Positions 10,702 to 23,966 are shown, counted from the whole stretch's first letter. The stretch: DNA of 63,895 nucleotides, filler included, from Reclinomonas americana ATCC 50394 (GCA_048213135.1; 37 parts of 37 records of this genome joined end to end with filler, not necessarily neighbours in it), one strand, 5' to 3'. The notes: generated by a model not told the origin, from the letters alone. Translations and numbers: made by a program.

Positions 10702-12283
10702 GATGAACACCACGCGCCGCGTGCTGCAAAATAGCATCAAATCGGGAGATGCACGTGCTCTTCGTATGGCGATTCAGAATGCGCGATCCTTGGGCATGGG
10801 TGCGTCGCGTCGTTCACGTATGCTGCCTCTTGCACAGGCGACCCGAATGCTCATGCAGTCGCTCTCTGCTTTTTTTGTCGCGCAGCCGAATCGGAGATCA
10901 CAGAGGCGGAAAACGCTCTCAAGTCACTGCAAGGTGCCGAGGCCGTTCGTCGTGACCTGCGTCTTGCCGTGGTCAACAAGGATCTGGTCGCACTGGAGGT
11001 GTGTGTACATTCATGTCATTCATCAGAGAGGCTCGGTTTACTGATCGATGATGACGCAGGCGGCGGCTACCAAGGCGGCGGCCTTCCCTGTTCTTCGCGA
11101 CGAGATCACGAAAGCCCGTGAGGAACTGGCTCTGCGCGGCGAGTTGGAGACACTGCGCACCAAGTTGGATCACGCGATCGAATCGCGCGACTATGATGAG
11201 ATTCAGCGCGCGCTCAGCACTGCCAACGCGCACCCGATGGCTGTCGAGTTACAAGAAAAGTTGGAGAAGGGCGAAGTGGTGCTTCGTGAACTGCAAGAGG
11301 TGGAGCAGAGGCGACGCCATAGCGAGTCGCTGGAAGTGATGGAGGGACTGGAGCGTGCTATCCAGGTGAGTGCATGAAGGCACGTGTCGGTGTCCTCCCT
11401 CTGGTTGAGTAATTTTTCTTTGTTGATTGCAGTCGGGTCAAGCCGATCAGATCCGCGAGAAATTGACCCGCGCCAAGGCTTTCTGCGAGGCCACTGGCAC
11501 TGGTACCACCAACGTTTTGCACTTTGGTCTGGTTGGCCTGGGTGACAAGCAGCTGGAGCAGTCGTTGTTGTCGACTGTGGCGCAGGCTGAAAAGGTTTGT
11601 ATTTATTTATCCCCCTCACTTTATCGTGTTCGTCTGCTCACTTGCGTGCGACAGTCTGCACAAGAGCACATTCAGCGTGACGAGGCGTTTGCGAGTCTTC
11701 GTCAGGCCCTGGAGGCGCGCGACCGTGTGCGCTTGACTGAGACGCTGCAGACGATCCGTGACCGCCGGTGGGACATGTATGAGCAGCATCTCATCCGCTC
11801 CGCCGAGCGACGCCGCGAGGAGCTGGAGGTACAGTGCTCTCTGAACTTATGTGGTGCACTGCATTATGTCACTCACATCGCTTGTACACATGTGTGTGTG
11901 CGCGCACACAGCGCGAGGAGGTTATTCGAGCACGAATGTCGCAGCTGATTGGGGAGCTTCGCGCACTGCACACAAATCTTGCGGCGCCGCTCATGCCGCG
12001 TGCCGAGTTGCTTGGCGAAATTCGTGATGTGGCTCGCGTGGCAGCTCCGTTTTCCGCACTCGGCGACGCGATTGATGGTGAAGGATCCGCAGTGGCGATT
12101 GTGTGCCGTTGCCGACTTCTTGTTTATTCTTCTGACCTGTCGATGCGTCAGATTCACACGCGCTGTGCGACGAAGTGGTGATGCGAATGGATCTGGAGCG
12201 CAGCCTGAGTGAAATGGTGGCACAGCCGGATGTTAATGCTGTTGCCATTGAGACGCTGTTGGAGCAAGCGCAGGAGGCCAAGT
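10702..12283 (+). CDS. Multi-exon alpha-helical repeat/coiled-coil protein fragment
   Basis: Recurring motifs such as LQNSIKSGDARALRMAIQNA, LDHAIESRDYDEIQRALSTA and LRQALEARDRVRLTETLQT, separated by short GT-AG introns. Confidence 0.5.
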
Positions 12284-12428
12284 GTGCGTGAAACATAGTT
12301 CACAATGATTGTTGCCGTTGGCACATAGNNNNNNNNNNNNNNNNNNNNNNNNNNNNNNNNNNNNNNNNNNNNTTAATTAATTAANNNNNNNNNNNNNNNN
12401 NNNNNNNNNNNNNNNNNNNNNNNNNNNN

Positions 12429-12560
<132 letters not shown>

Positions 12561-14195
12561 GAGCATGAAAGTGAGAGAGATAGAGACAGAGAGCGAGAGA
12601 GAAAGAGAGTGCGACTGAGTGAGTGAGCAAGATATCAGTAAATGAGATGGAGATAGTGAGTATATGTGGAGCGAGTGAGTTAGGAGATACAGAGAGAGAG
12701 AAAGAGAAAGAGAGAGTGGGTAATTGTGTGTACCTGTGTGTGAGCCCTGCTGCACCTGCCTTTATTCTGTGTGATATCGTTCTCCGCGTACGCATCACGT
12801 CCTACATTTTTGTGACATCATCGTACTCTTCTCTTGCGTTTGCGTGATATCGATTGCTGTACTATCGTCCTGATCGCTGTTGCACCGCACAGCTGGCGGA
12901 CTTCCCATGCCCGAGAACGTGTTACCCAACGCAGTAGCGCACGTGCATCCTCGGGATGGCGGTGGAGTCGTCGAGCAAGAGGCAGATGTCAACATCGGCG
13001 GCGCTCATGTAGTCGATGAAGGTTTCGGTGCTGCTTCGTCGTGTTCTTCAGCAGTGTCTCTGACATTGCGACTCGACGCAGATGCTGACGCAGCTGCGGC
13101 TGTCGATGAGCAAGTTGTCGACAATGTTCTCCGTGCTGATGTGGTCCCAGTTGCTGGTGTGCTGGTGGATCGTCCGGCTGAAGGAGTCGAAGTTGCTGCG
13201 CAGGAGGACTGGGTCGGTGGTGTGCGTGAAATCGATGGAGTTCCAGCTGGGGATCAGGGGGCTGGGGATGGAGAAGGAGAAGTGTAAGTGGTGGACTCAT
13301 GGAAATGTGTGATGGGAGTGAGGAAGAATGGAAGGGCGATGGAAGGGAAAGGGAGGGAGAGGGAGAGAGGAAGAGAGAGAGAGAGAGGGAGACGAGGTGA
13401 AATGCGGAAGGGGGAGAGTTGAAGAGCATGAGCTGGTATCAACATGAACGACAACACTCAACTGGGGGTCGATGGACGAAACCAAGGTGTACAGCAGTAG
13501 TATCGCTCAGTCGTGAGAAGCATTAAAACATAGTAGCATTGTTCTTCAAAGTGAAGGCTACGTCGTTCGAACCATTGGTTTTGCGTGCCAGAGAGATAGA
13601 GAAATTGCCACAATCGACGAAGCTTTGCAAGCGCACAAGGATACAAAACACCAAAGCGAGCCCTTCTCTCCGGTACACAAACAACGAAAGATGGTTCTCA
13701 CACCGGTGCCTGATTACAGAACAAGCACTCTTTGGACAGAATGCCCAATATCTTTTCTGGGGTTAAGATGCACTCTGGGGTCAGTGCATGCCACAAGATG
13801 TGCACAATTAGAAGATAACGCTACAGACGCCGTCCCAGCTGATGCTGGTGCACTGGTGATGACGTCGAATAACAGCTTCGTGTGTCCTGCGTGACAATCT
13901 CGCACTCTCGCACGCAGCGAACGAACGGGGAAGCTGAGAGACAGAGAAGTCCATCTGACGTGTGAGAGTTGTGCACTTTACACGAGCACCATTGTCAACA
14001 ACAGAGACTGCGATTGTCGGTGAGTCAGTGAGCCTGAAGCGCATCCGAACTCACGCACGCTGCGGAGAAATTACGGGTCTCTCTCTCTCTCTCTCNNNNN
14101 NNNNNNNNNNNNNNNNNNNNNNNNNNNNNNNNNNNNNNNTTAATTAATTAANNNNNNNNNNNNNNNNNNNNNNNNNNNNNNNNNNNNNNNNNNNN

Positions 14196-14244
<49 letters not shown>

Positions 14245-14965
14245 CTGGAAATGACTAAGAGATGGGAGAGAGACTGAGAGAGAGACTGCAGTGGGAATCG
14301 ACACTGAAAGGATGCTGGTGAGTGAGGGAATGTGTTTGACAGGATTGGACAAAAGGGCTGGCCAGTTCATCACCGTCTGCACTTGCTTGTGGCAAACTCT
14401 CTCTCCTCTTCATCTCCTCTTCTCACTCGCCTTCATATTTCCATCTACGTGTTGCCTATGTAAGAGAGACTGAGAGAGAGAGAGAGAAAGACTGGAAACT
14501 GAGAGAGAATGAGAGACTGAGATGCTGACAGAGAATGACAGAGCTTGAGAGAGACTGACAGAGCAGTGAGAAACTGACCGAGAGCGAGTGAGAAACAGAG
14601 AGACTGACTCAGAGTGAGTGATAGAGAGAGAGGCAGACTGAGAGACGGTGAGAGACAGAGCCTGAGAGAATGAAAGAGACAGTGAGAGAGATTGAGAGAG
14701 AGACTGCATGTGAGAGCGACACAGAAAGAGGATGCTGGTGAATGAGGGAATGTGCGTTTGACAAGATCGTATAAAAGGGATGACCAGTGCGTCGCCATCT
14801 GCCACTTGCTTGTGGCTGTTTCTGCGACTTGCAGGAATGAGAGAGACCGAGAGAAAGAGAGAGAGTATGAGAGAGACTGAGGCGACTTACAGAGACTTAT
14901 AGTCTGCATTGTTTGCAAGTGACGTCTGTCGATCGCTCACTCTCCCTTTCCCTTCCCCCAAATAG

Positions 14966-15299
14966 GGACTCGGCGCGCCGCATGCGCGAGGTCCGCCTGG
15001 CCAGCGAAGCAGAGGCCGCACGTCGGTTGCACCGCGAAAAGGCCGCGCAATCCGGCAACGGTGCCTTCTTCCTGACCACCACCACCCGCTCCACGCGCGA
15101 ATCGCACGACCTGCATCGTCTGTATGGCGAGCGCACCGACGAGGAGAATCTGTCGATTGTGGCGCGCGGTGGAGCGGAGAATGTGAAACTGCGTGCGCAG
15201 CGGCTGCGTATGTTGGCAGCGCAAGCGGCACGCAAGAATGACTGGTTCCTTTCCAAGTATCACGTGGATCGACAGAATCCTCCTCGGCCAGTGTTGGCG
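14966..15299 (+). CDS. Internal exon of hypothetical protein
   Basis: Pyrimidine tract plus AG acceptor, a high-GC3 reading (DSARRMREVRLASEAEAARRL...NPPRPVLA), then a GTGCGT donor. Confidence 0.45.
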
Positions 15300-15967
15300 G
15301 TGCGTGAGGGGGGGAAGGGCAAAAGGGGGAAGAGCACAAGGAGGAAGGGCAAACAGAAGATCTTCTATAATTCACAGATAGCCTTCGTTGCCACCACTTC
15401 CGCCTCTCCCCGTTTGTTGTCACCCTCATCGCACTTTCACCTTTGCTCTCGCTCTCATCTTTTGTTCTCTTTTTTTGTTGTCCTTCTTTGTGCATCCTTT
15501 GCTCTTCCTTTGCTCATCCTTTGTTCTTATCGTTTATTCTTCGCCTTGGCTCTTTTTTGTTATCCCCCTTTGATATCACTTTCGTTGGTCTCTTCCGTTG
15601 CGCTGCTCTCCCCCTTGCCCTTTGCTATCCCCCTCTGCTCTTCCCCCTCTGCACTCCCCCCTCTGCTCTTCCCTCTGCTCTCCCCCCTCTGCTCTCCCCC
15701 TCTGCTCTCTCATTTGCTCTTCCCCCACTCGCTCTCCCCCACTCGCTCTCCCCCACTCGCTCTCCTTCTCTTGCTCTCCCCCTCTCACTCTCCCCCTTCT
15801 TGCTCCCCCCTCTCGCTCTCCCCTCTCGCTCTCCCTCTGCTCTCCCTCTGCTCTCCCTCTGCTCTCCNNNNNNNNNNNNNNNNNNNNNNNNNNNNNNNNN
15901 NNNNNNNNNNNTTAATTAATTAANNNNNNNNNNNNNNNNNNNNNNNNNNNNNNNNNNNNNNNNNNNN

Positions 15968-17635
15968 CCAAACAGCAAATGATTCTCTTTCTCCGCGAGT
16001 GGTACATGCATCCGAGTGGACAAGTTGCGCTTGCGGCACTGGGTGTTTTTGCAATTCCTGCATGGCTCACTGGAACACTCGTGCACAGTTGTTTGCGTAC
16101 GAGTGGAATGCCGGTGACGTGAACCCGCCAACGCATGCGTGGGGCTCATGGCAAGTGTACATTCAGACTGGCGCGCCTGGTGAGCGGCGCTTGCGAGCAA
16201 ACAATCGGGGAAGTCTCCTCGTTGCTAATTTGCCACACAGGATGCCGTGATGTGGATTTCCTCGCCCGCGTGTTCCACAAGCTGCTCATCAACTTTACAT
16301 GGTGCGTCGCCATTTTTGTGGCTTCTGTAGCGACCTGTGTGCCCCCTTCCTCACGGCAGTGGCCGCAGGTGGATCAATCGCAAGGACCCGGACGGGCACA
16401 ACATTTTCGGAGGTGGTTTCCTCGGTCTCGACAACATCTCCGTGTTTGACCGCTCGCGACCGCTGCCCACTGGCGGCACACTATCGCAAGCCGACGGCAC
16501 GGCCTGGATGGCGTTCTATTGCACCAACATGTTGAAGATTGCACTTGAGCTGTCGCGGAGCGATTTGGTGTACGCGGACGTGGCGTCCAAGTTTTTCGAG
16601 CACTTTGCACAGATTGCGCACGCGATCAACACGTGGGGTGGCACCGGCCTGTGGGTAAGTGGTCACACATGTCGAAAGAAAGCAGTGCTTGCTGATCGCC
16701 CTCTCATTCTGCTGTGCTGCTTGCTTGTAGGACGAGGAAGACGGCTTCTACTACGACCGCATTCACTTTAGTGGCACCACAATTCCACTCCGAGTGCGCT
16801 CGCTGGTCGGCCTCATTCCGTTGTTGGCGGTGGAGATGCTCGACACGGGAGTGCTGTCGGAGATCGAGGGCTTTGGCGATCGCATGCAGTGGTTCATGAA
16901 GTACGCCGACCTGGCGCAGCACATTCAGTTCCGAGAGACTTGCGCTGCCACTGGTCGCGGACTCTACCTGCTGGCCATTCCTTCGCGGACGCAGCTGGAA
17001 CGCGTGCTGGCCTATATGCTCGACGAGGACGAGTTCCTTTCGCCGTTTGGTATCCGCTCGCTCTCCAAGGTGCGTGCGCAACGAAACACACACGATCTCC
17101 AATGGAAGACTGACACCATCCGCAGTATCACGAAGCGCACCCGTACGAGTTCTCGGCCGGCAGCGAGGTCCACCGAGTCGAGTACGTGCCCGGCGAATCC
17201 AACTCGTACCTCTTTGGCGGCAACTCGAACTGGCGCGGTCCCATCTGGTTCCCTCTGAATCTTCTCCTCATCGACGCACTCGAGCAGTGGTACGTTGACG
17301 GCACTCTTTTTTTTCCTTTGCTCGTCTCGCATCTCACTCTCGCCCACCAACGCAGGCACGTGTTCTACGAGGACGACTTGCTCGTCGACTTCCCCACTCG
17401 CAGTGGCCACAAGATGAATCTGCAGCAGGTGGCCGACGAGCTGCGTGTTCGTCTCGTGCGTCTCTTCCTGCCCGACCGCACCGGCCGACGTCCATGCCAC
17501 GGGCGCGATCGCGTGTACACCGAGCAGCCCGACTGGAAGGGCCTCGTGCTCTTCTACGAGTACTTCCACCCCGAGACGGGCGAGGGTCTCGGCGCCAGTC
17601 ACCAGACCGGATGGACGGCGGTGGTGGCTCGCCTT
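15968..17635 (+). CDS. Glycoside hydrolase family 63 (MGH1/YMR196W-like glucosidase), spliced, partial
   Basis: [16 protein letters not shown]...[80 protein letters not shown], with six short introns. Confidence 0.93.
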
Positions 17636-17735
17636 NNNNNNNNNNNNNNNNNNNNNNNNNNNNNNNNNNNNNNNNNNNNTTAATTAATTAANNNNNNNNN
17701 NNNNNNNNNNNNNNNNNNNNNNNNNNNNNNNNNNN

Positions 17736-19403
17736 TGTGACGCAAAGCGCGCAGCTCACGCTTGCGCGAATTACTCGCAACTCTGGCCGGTGTGCCTGCA
17801 TGCAGTCCAGTCCAGTCGTAAGGAAGAATCGGTACAATGGTGCAACTTCGCTGGATGACATTTTGAGTAAGGAAGGGATGTACCTTGAAACACGCGACAC
17901 AAGGCCGACGCGACAGCATTTGCGGAGGCCGAGGTGGTCGACGTGAACACGAGTGGTGCCCATTGGACCAAGAACAGCTTGCAGTCGTCTTGCCACAATG
18001 CCGTTGGCGGTGCCCGACGACAATCGATGACAGCAATGGCAGCGTGTGTTGCAACGCTGCTGGATGACCCGGAACTAGAGGAAGCGCCTCCTGCAGCTGC
18101 GGCCGCAGTGCGGGTCGAACTGGTCACCGCCGCCTTATGCAGGCTCAGGACGGACAGTGCCAGGTTCACATCGATCGCGCCTCGCTCAGCGCGAAGGCAA
18201 TCAAGTTTGTCAGCATCGCAACGAGCTGACTGCCGAAGGTCGGAAATCGCCTGCTTCGCGAACTGCCTCGCGGTGTCCTTGCTGGATCCATTGGAAACAA
18301 TGCCGGCAGTAAGAACACAGAGAGAGAGAACGCGCGCACCAAGAGCAAAGCACAGTGACGCACATCAATCGTTTGGCAACATCATCAGGCCCCGTATCGT
18401 CGAGGACCTTCAGCAACAAGAGATTCAGCGCCTCGCAATCGGTGTCACGGTCGGCCAGAGTCGCCGCTGCACAGCTGTGCGAGAAATACGCCCTTGAAGA
18501 CCGCGACATCGCCAATGCGTTTGCTATGGCAGCAAAAAATGTTCGCAGGGCTGGAAAAGCAAAACAACGCACTCAATCAGTGATGGAAGTATGATTGGCC
18601 AGCTGCTCACTACTTGCTGACACTGCAGTTTTCTCACCAGCGAGTGCGGTCTTCTCTGTCTTCGTCAATGTGACGCGGGGGGCGCCGACCGATGCAGTTG
18701 AGTCGGTCACGGTCGCGGTCGGCGCAGCTGCTGTGGGCACTGCGGTCGGTGCAGTGTTTCGAGGGGTCACAATCGGCTCCTCCTCCTCCTCTTCTTCTTC
18801 TTCCTCCTCCTCCTCTTCCTCATCCACTTCGTCCACATCCACTGCCGCACCAGCATTCTCGTGGAGAGGAACAAGGCCATCCACCACCGCAACGTCGACT
18901 TCTGGATTCTGCTCCTCCTGCTCTTCTTGCCGATCCAGCTCCTTGAGCGTCTCCTCCGACAAGCCAATCACATCGGCACTCTCGACGCATGTCGACCATT
19001 CCGACACCGGTGTTGCACGCAGTGTTGTGCACAAGAGCTCCACCCGTTGACACGCACGCTGGCAGAAGGCAGTCACTGCTTCAGCGGCGTCATCGCGTCC
19101 TGGTGCGGCATCACAGTCGACGGAGGGAATGTCGACAATGAAGTTGAGGAAGCGCAACAGCAGTGGTCTGTTCTCTCGCTTCCAGAGTTGCTGCGATGGT
19201 GCACGAGGCCGCGGTGTTCTGTCGACCAGATTGACGGATGCTGTGACGCCGCCAGCGACGATTTCGGCCAGATGATGGAGCGCGACACTCAGCGCGCGTA
19301 TGGGAGACTCGCACACGTCGCAGAGTGCGGAGAGAATCGAGGGGGGGGCAGGTGGAGTGGTGTCTCGTCCTGTGACAGTGCAATCAGGCAATTGCAACAG
19401 AAC
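17736..19403 (-). CDS. Spliced hypothetical protein with poly-Glu tract (copy A; copy B at 57635-59276)
   Basis: ORF 18573-19397 plus downstream exons, nearly identical to the later contig. Confidence 0.5.
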
Positions 19404-19776
19404 NNNNNNNNNNNNNNNNNNNNNNNNNNNNNNNNNNNNNNNNNNNNTTAATTAATTAANNNNNNNNNNNNNNNNNNNNNNNNNNNNNNNNNNNNNNNNN
19501 NNNCGACATATATCGTTGCAGACAAAAGTACTCCCTTGCATCATTCGCCAACAAACAAATGCACATTTCAGTCGATTCAGAACGACCTCTCCGCTCATGA
19601 TCAGTGTGGTCTTTGGCTTGCACATTCAAGCAGACACAGAGCGTTATCAAGCACCACAACGTGAACTCATTGCAGACAAAAGTGTGACCCAAACTTGGCG
19701 GTGCGCACTGTGCGCATTAATGCATTTTATTTGTCCTCACACAGCGCGTCAGTTTATTCGCCTCCTTGCACTGAGA

Positions 19777-20373
19777 ATGGCAGCGTATTTTGGTGAGCCT
19801 CCGAAGGGTGCCGTTCTGTCGCGCACGCCGAAGACCACGACTGGCTGCTGTTGCTGTGTGAAGGAGACGCCAGAAACGCGCGTTATCCAGACGGCCACTG
19901 GTGCAGTGTATCACGTCGAGATGGCGAAACCCAAGGCGTGCTGTGGCTGCTGCTGCTGCAGCGACTGTTGCTTGACTGAGCAAGCGCGAGTCGCACCGAT
20001 GGGCATGCCGACCAGTGCACCCATGGGCGGCGCCATTGGCGGCTCTCCAGTGGCGTTTGGCGCTGGCAAGGCGTACGCCGCCCCTGGTGCCGCAGGCATG
20101 GTCATGGCCAATGCAGCAGCCCTTGGAACGACATTGTACAACAACGGCATGCACCACATGGTGCAGAACGGCGTCGAGCACGTGCAGGGCATGGTGAACG
20201 ACCAACTCGGTCAAATGGCCAGTGGCGGTATCAACCACCTGGTCGACAGCGGAGTGATTGGCGAGCAGACCGGCGCCGTGTTGGAAGGCGTGGCGAATGA
20301 TGGTATCGCAGAAATGACCGGCGGAGTGGCAGAGTCAGTCACGGAGGGCGTCTCGAGTGTGTTGTCTTCGTGA
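19777..20373 (+). CDS. Intronless Cys-cluster / Gly-Met-rich protein
   Basis: ATG at 19777. Contains GCCCCV and ACCGCCCCSDCC, then a G/M/A-rich linker and amphipathic C-terminus. TGA at 20371-20373. Confidence 0.65.
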   Translation: MAAYFGEPPKGAVLSRTPKTTTGCCCCVKETPETRVIQTATGAVYHVEMAKPKACCGCCCCSDCCLTEQARVAPMGMPTSAPMGGAIGGSPVAFGAGKAYAAPGAAGMVMANAAALGTTLYNNGMHHMVQNGVEHVQGMVNDQLGQMASGGINHLVDSGVIGEQTGAVLEGVANDGIAEMTGGVAESVTEGVSSVLSS

Positions 20374-21269
20374 GTTTTTCGGTATCTGTTTCTCTGTTTT
20401 GGCAGTGACGCTATTTTTGTTCCTCCTGATTGTTCTTGCGAGTTCTTTGTGAGTGAAGCTGCTGTTGTGTGATGAGGGGGGGAGGGAGGTGGCCTTGGGT
20501 GGAGATGGCCGCCATCAGAATTCAGAGTTCTGCCAAAGTTTGTTGCACAGCGCAGACCAACGCCGCGGATAATGGTTTAGCCGTGAGTGGAGGACTGGGA
20601 AGGCGGGGGAAGGAAGGGAAGGGGAGGTGAGGAGAAGCGGGAAGATGGGAGAGGGCTTGAAGGAAGGGGGTCAAGGGGGGAGGGAAATGTTTTGCCGCAA
20701 CTTGGTGTGTGATTCCTTCTGCTCTCTGTTGCTCAATATGCGCCTCTGTACATACACAGCGGCTCCCAGGTCGACTCCCGGCCTTGATTCGGCCGGCGGT
20801 CTGAATCTTAACACGCCGGCGCTTGTGCGGATTCTTGGTGCATGCTTGTATCTGTGAAAGGAGCAGGATGAGCACTCGAAAATGACGGAAGAAAGAAATA
20901 AGGAGAGGAGAGAGGAGGGAGGGAGAGGAGAGTGGAGAGCAAGAGAGTGGAGAGGGTGGAGAAGGAGAAGCACGAGTGCGTGTTCAGGCAATATCACAAA
21001 TGAGGTGAAAAGAGACGGAGAGCGGAGTGAGAGAGGGAACCGTACAAGAACAAGCCCGACAGAGAGCTGCTCAGTGCGACAAGCATGCGTGTGGGGATGG
21101 TGATCAGAGACAGAGATGCAAGACACCGGGGAAGGGAGGGAGAAAGGATGAGTACGCAGAGGGGGATGCNNNNNNNNNNNNNNNNNNNNNNNNNNNNNNN
21201 NNNNNNNNNNNNNTTAATTAATTAANNNNNNNNNNNNNNNNNNNNNNNNNNNNNNNNNNNNNNNNNNNN

Positions 21270-22410
21270 GTCCACAGTGACCATGTACGAGGCGTACGCC
21301 CTGGACACTGTGCTGGACGACGCTCGCTCTGCCTCGGCCTGGACCGGTCGCACCGTGACATTCAACACCGAGCCACAGTCGCCAACGCGGCCGTTCAGCT
21401 CGGGTGAGCCGCGCGATCGGTCCCTCGCTTCGTCGCTGCACATTGGCGGGAAGCAGCGCGCCCCATCGGCCGCGCCTGCCGTGCCCGGCGGTCAGCGGCA
21501 CATGTCGAACCACGTGCGTTTGCTGCGCGAATGGCGCATGTCGCAGCCGCAAGTGCAAGTCGGCGAAGAGACGGAACTGGCCGTGCAAGCCGAGCACATC
21601 CAGACGGCCTTGGCTGCCGCGGTGACCGACTACGTGGAGGCGAGACGCACGAGCACTCTGTCGAACCAGCAGCAGAATCGACAACCGCTGCCCATTCCCG
21701 TGCAAATGCACCAGCAACAACAACTCCAGCAGCAGCAGCAACAGCAAGCTTCGCGTCGCCACGATGACTCGTCGTCGCCCGCACCGCCCTCTGGCGGCAT
21801 GGGATTCCTTCCGCCGGTGGTGGCCGGTCATGCTGCTGGCCGGACGCAGTCGCACAGCGCGTCGCCGACCAGGCGTCGCTTCCGATCGACCATGCCCGTC
21901 GATCCCACTCGCTGCGTGTACATTCTCGATTGCGAGCAGCCCGATTCCTCCGCCACCGTGCACCACATCACCAACTCGTCCATGCCGGTCCACCGACCGC
22001 TCCTCGCCGGCAGCCTGGACACCGGACAAGTGGAGGCGCTGCGCAAAATCTCCGAGACACACGTGTCACACGCACCTGCTCCGCCGCCGCACTACCAACG
22101 CCCTACAGCGTCACGACGCCCGCAACTGGCGCCGTTGCCGCCGTCGAGCAACCAGTCGCGAATGCAGTCGACCCTGACACAGGCCTACCAGGCGGTGTAC
22201 TCGTTGCCGCCGAGGACAACTGCTGCCTCCTCCACCACGTCGCGCACAGTGCCGAGCTCACGATCGCCGTCGCCGCACTCACAGTTCGGTGGTCGGCGTC
22301 AGCGATATGTGGCATCGCTGGACGCGTACCCAGTCAGTGGTGGGCGAGGGCACGGATTGGCCGAGTCGATCGGGTCGTTCTACATGTCGTCCTCCGCGGC
22401 GCAGCGTTGA
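21270..22410 (+). CDS. Low-complexity S/P/Q-rich protein, 3' part (copy A; copy B at 48909-50046)
   Basis: 377-aa ORF. Differences between copies are synonymous apart from a 1-Gln indel, which supports this reading frame. Confidence 0.7.
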
Positions 22411-22575
22411 GAAAGAAGTAATGAATAGTGCCATCAGTTCAAAAAATCAAAAGGAGCAAGGGAGAGTGATTCATTCGAGGGAGAAATGGTGGAGCGAAAG
22501 AGCTGCGGCAAAGGGGTGGAGTGAGACAGTGGAGAAAGAGGAGCGGAATGCAAAACGACTCACTTGCATCGCTGA

Positions 22576-22874
22576 TTACTGGAAGAGCGACTTGAGCCAG
22601 CATGCCTTCTCGGCAGACTCCTCCTCGTCGGCTGGCGGCACGTATCGCGACCGGAACATCCACGGCAAGTCGTGCTTCACACCAAACGACGGCATGCGAT
22701 CCCACTGTTCCGCCAGGTGCACGTACCAGTCTTCGTCGCAGAACTTCTTCACGGGCTTGTCGAGGCACGACTCGGCAAGTGCATCGCAATAGCCCTTGAT
22801 GAGCTCGCTCGGCACGCGCACACCGCGCGGCCAGTGATAGATGAGGAGGATGAGGTCGGCGCATGGCTTTTTCT
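22576..22874 (-). CDS. Last coding exon of hypothetical protein (copy B at 50213-50511)
   Basis: Acceptor, then EKPCADLILLIYHWPRGVRVPSELIKGYCDAL...LKSLFQ-TAA. The protein is identical in both copies. Confidence 0.6.
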
Positions 22875-23034
22875 CTGCAGAGGGGAGGAGGTGAGGTTGA
22901 GATAGAGAGAGAGAAAGAGAGAGAGAGGAAGTAGNNNNNNNNNNNNNNNNNNNNNNNNNNNNNNNNNNNNNNNNNNNNTTAATTAATTAANNNNNNNNNN
23001 NNNNNNNNNNNNNNNNNNNNNNNNNNNNNNNNNN

Positions 23035-23564
23035 GCTGCTGGCTGCGCTGGTGCTGGCGGCGCCGGAACTTGGGGCAAGTTGACGCTGGACTCGACGACA
23101 TGGCCCGCATCCAGCGGGCTCCACCCGTTCCTCGGCAGTGTCGTCGGGCTCGGAGGCAGCACGAGTTGCAGTGGTGGCTGTTGCTGTTGTTGTTGTTGTT
23201 GCTGGTGAGACAGTGAGGCCGAGGCGGACATCATCATCATCATCTTATTCGCGCCAGGGTCCACTTGCACTTGGCCTCGGTCCAGATGGCCAAAAATAGC
23301 CGTCTCGCACGGCGCCGCCAGCTCCTCGCGCGGCGGCGACTGCTGCATGTGTTGAAACAGCGCCGCGTTGCTGGCCATCGGCACAATGAAGCCGAGTGGG
23401 CACTGCGCTTGCGGATGCGGGGGAAGCTGATCAAAGTGTGCGACAACGGGCGTGGGTGGCGCCATGGCAAAGTCATCCCACGCCGCCGCCGCCACACTGA
23501 ACAGATGCTGTTGCTCCTCGTGGTCGTTGAGCAGGAAGCCCTCGTCAAACACACCGCTGAACAT
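23035..23564 (-). CDS. Poly-Gln/Pro-rich protein N-terminus (regulator-like)
   Basis: MFSGVFDEGFLL... stays open to the contig end. Confidence 0.5.
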
Positions 23565-23966
23565 GATGGCTGATGGGGGGGGAGAGCTTCGCGCACGAGA
23601 AGAGAGAAAGAGAAAAAATGCCCCGAAATAACCCGCGAAATGGCGCGATGATGGTTCGTGTCCGGCGGCGGGTTTTACAACCGTTACGCGTGTCTCTCGC
23701 TCACTCGCTCTCTCGTTGGCACAGTTGAGTCTCTTTGTGTGTGGCTCTTGCCGCTCCTGCGCGTCGACGCGGAACCCAACCAAGTCTAAATCTGTGCTCA
23801 AATTCGATCTTCGTACTCTTCGCGGTCATCCGCCGAGCTGTGTTGCAAGCGACGCACACACACGTGCCACTCTCTGCCGAACTCGCTGCACCACCAGCCA
23901 TTGGCGGCGGCAGCTTCCGTTGCGAATTGGCGGTTGATTTCACTTATACGCATTCGACGAGCAAAG

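Noticed and set aside
22564..22578. TAA reassigned to an amino acid (most genes here end in TGA)
   Set aside because: I saw no in-frame TAA/TAG in the conserved exons I read. Sequence after this TAA has frame-breaking indels between the two copies, and TGA bias is expected at high GC.
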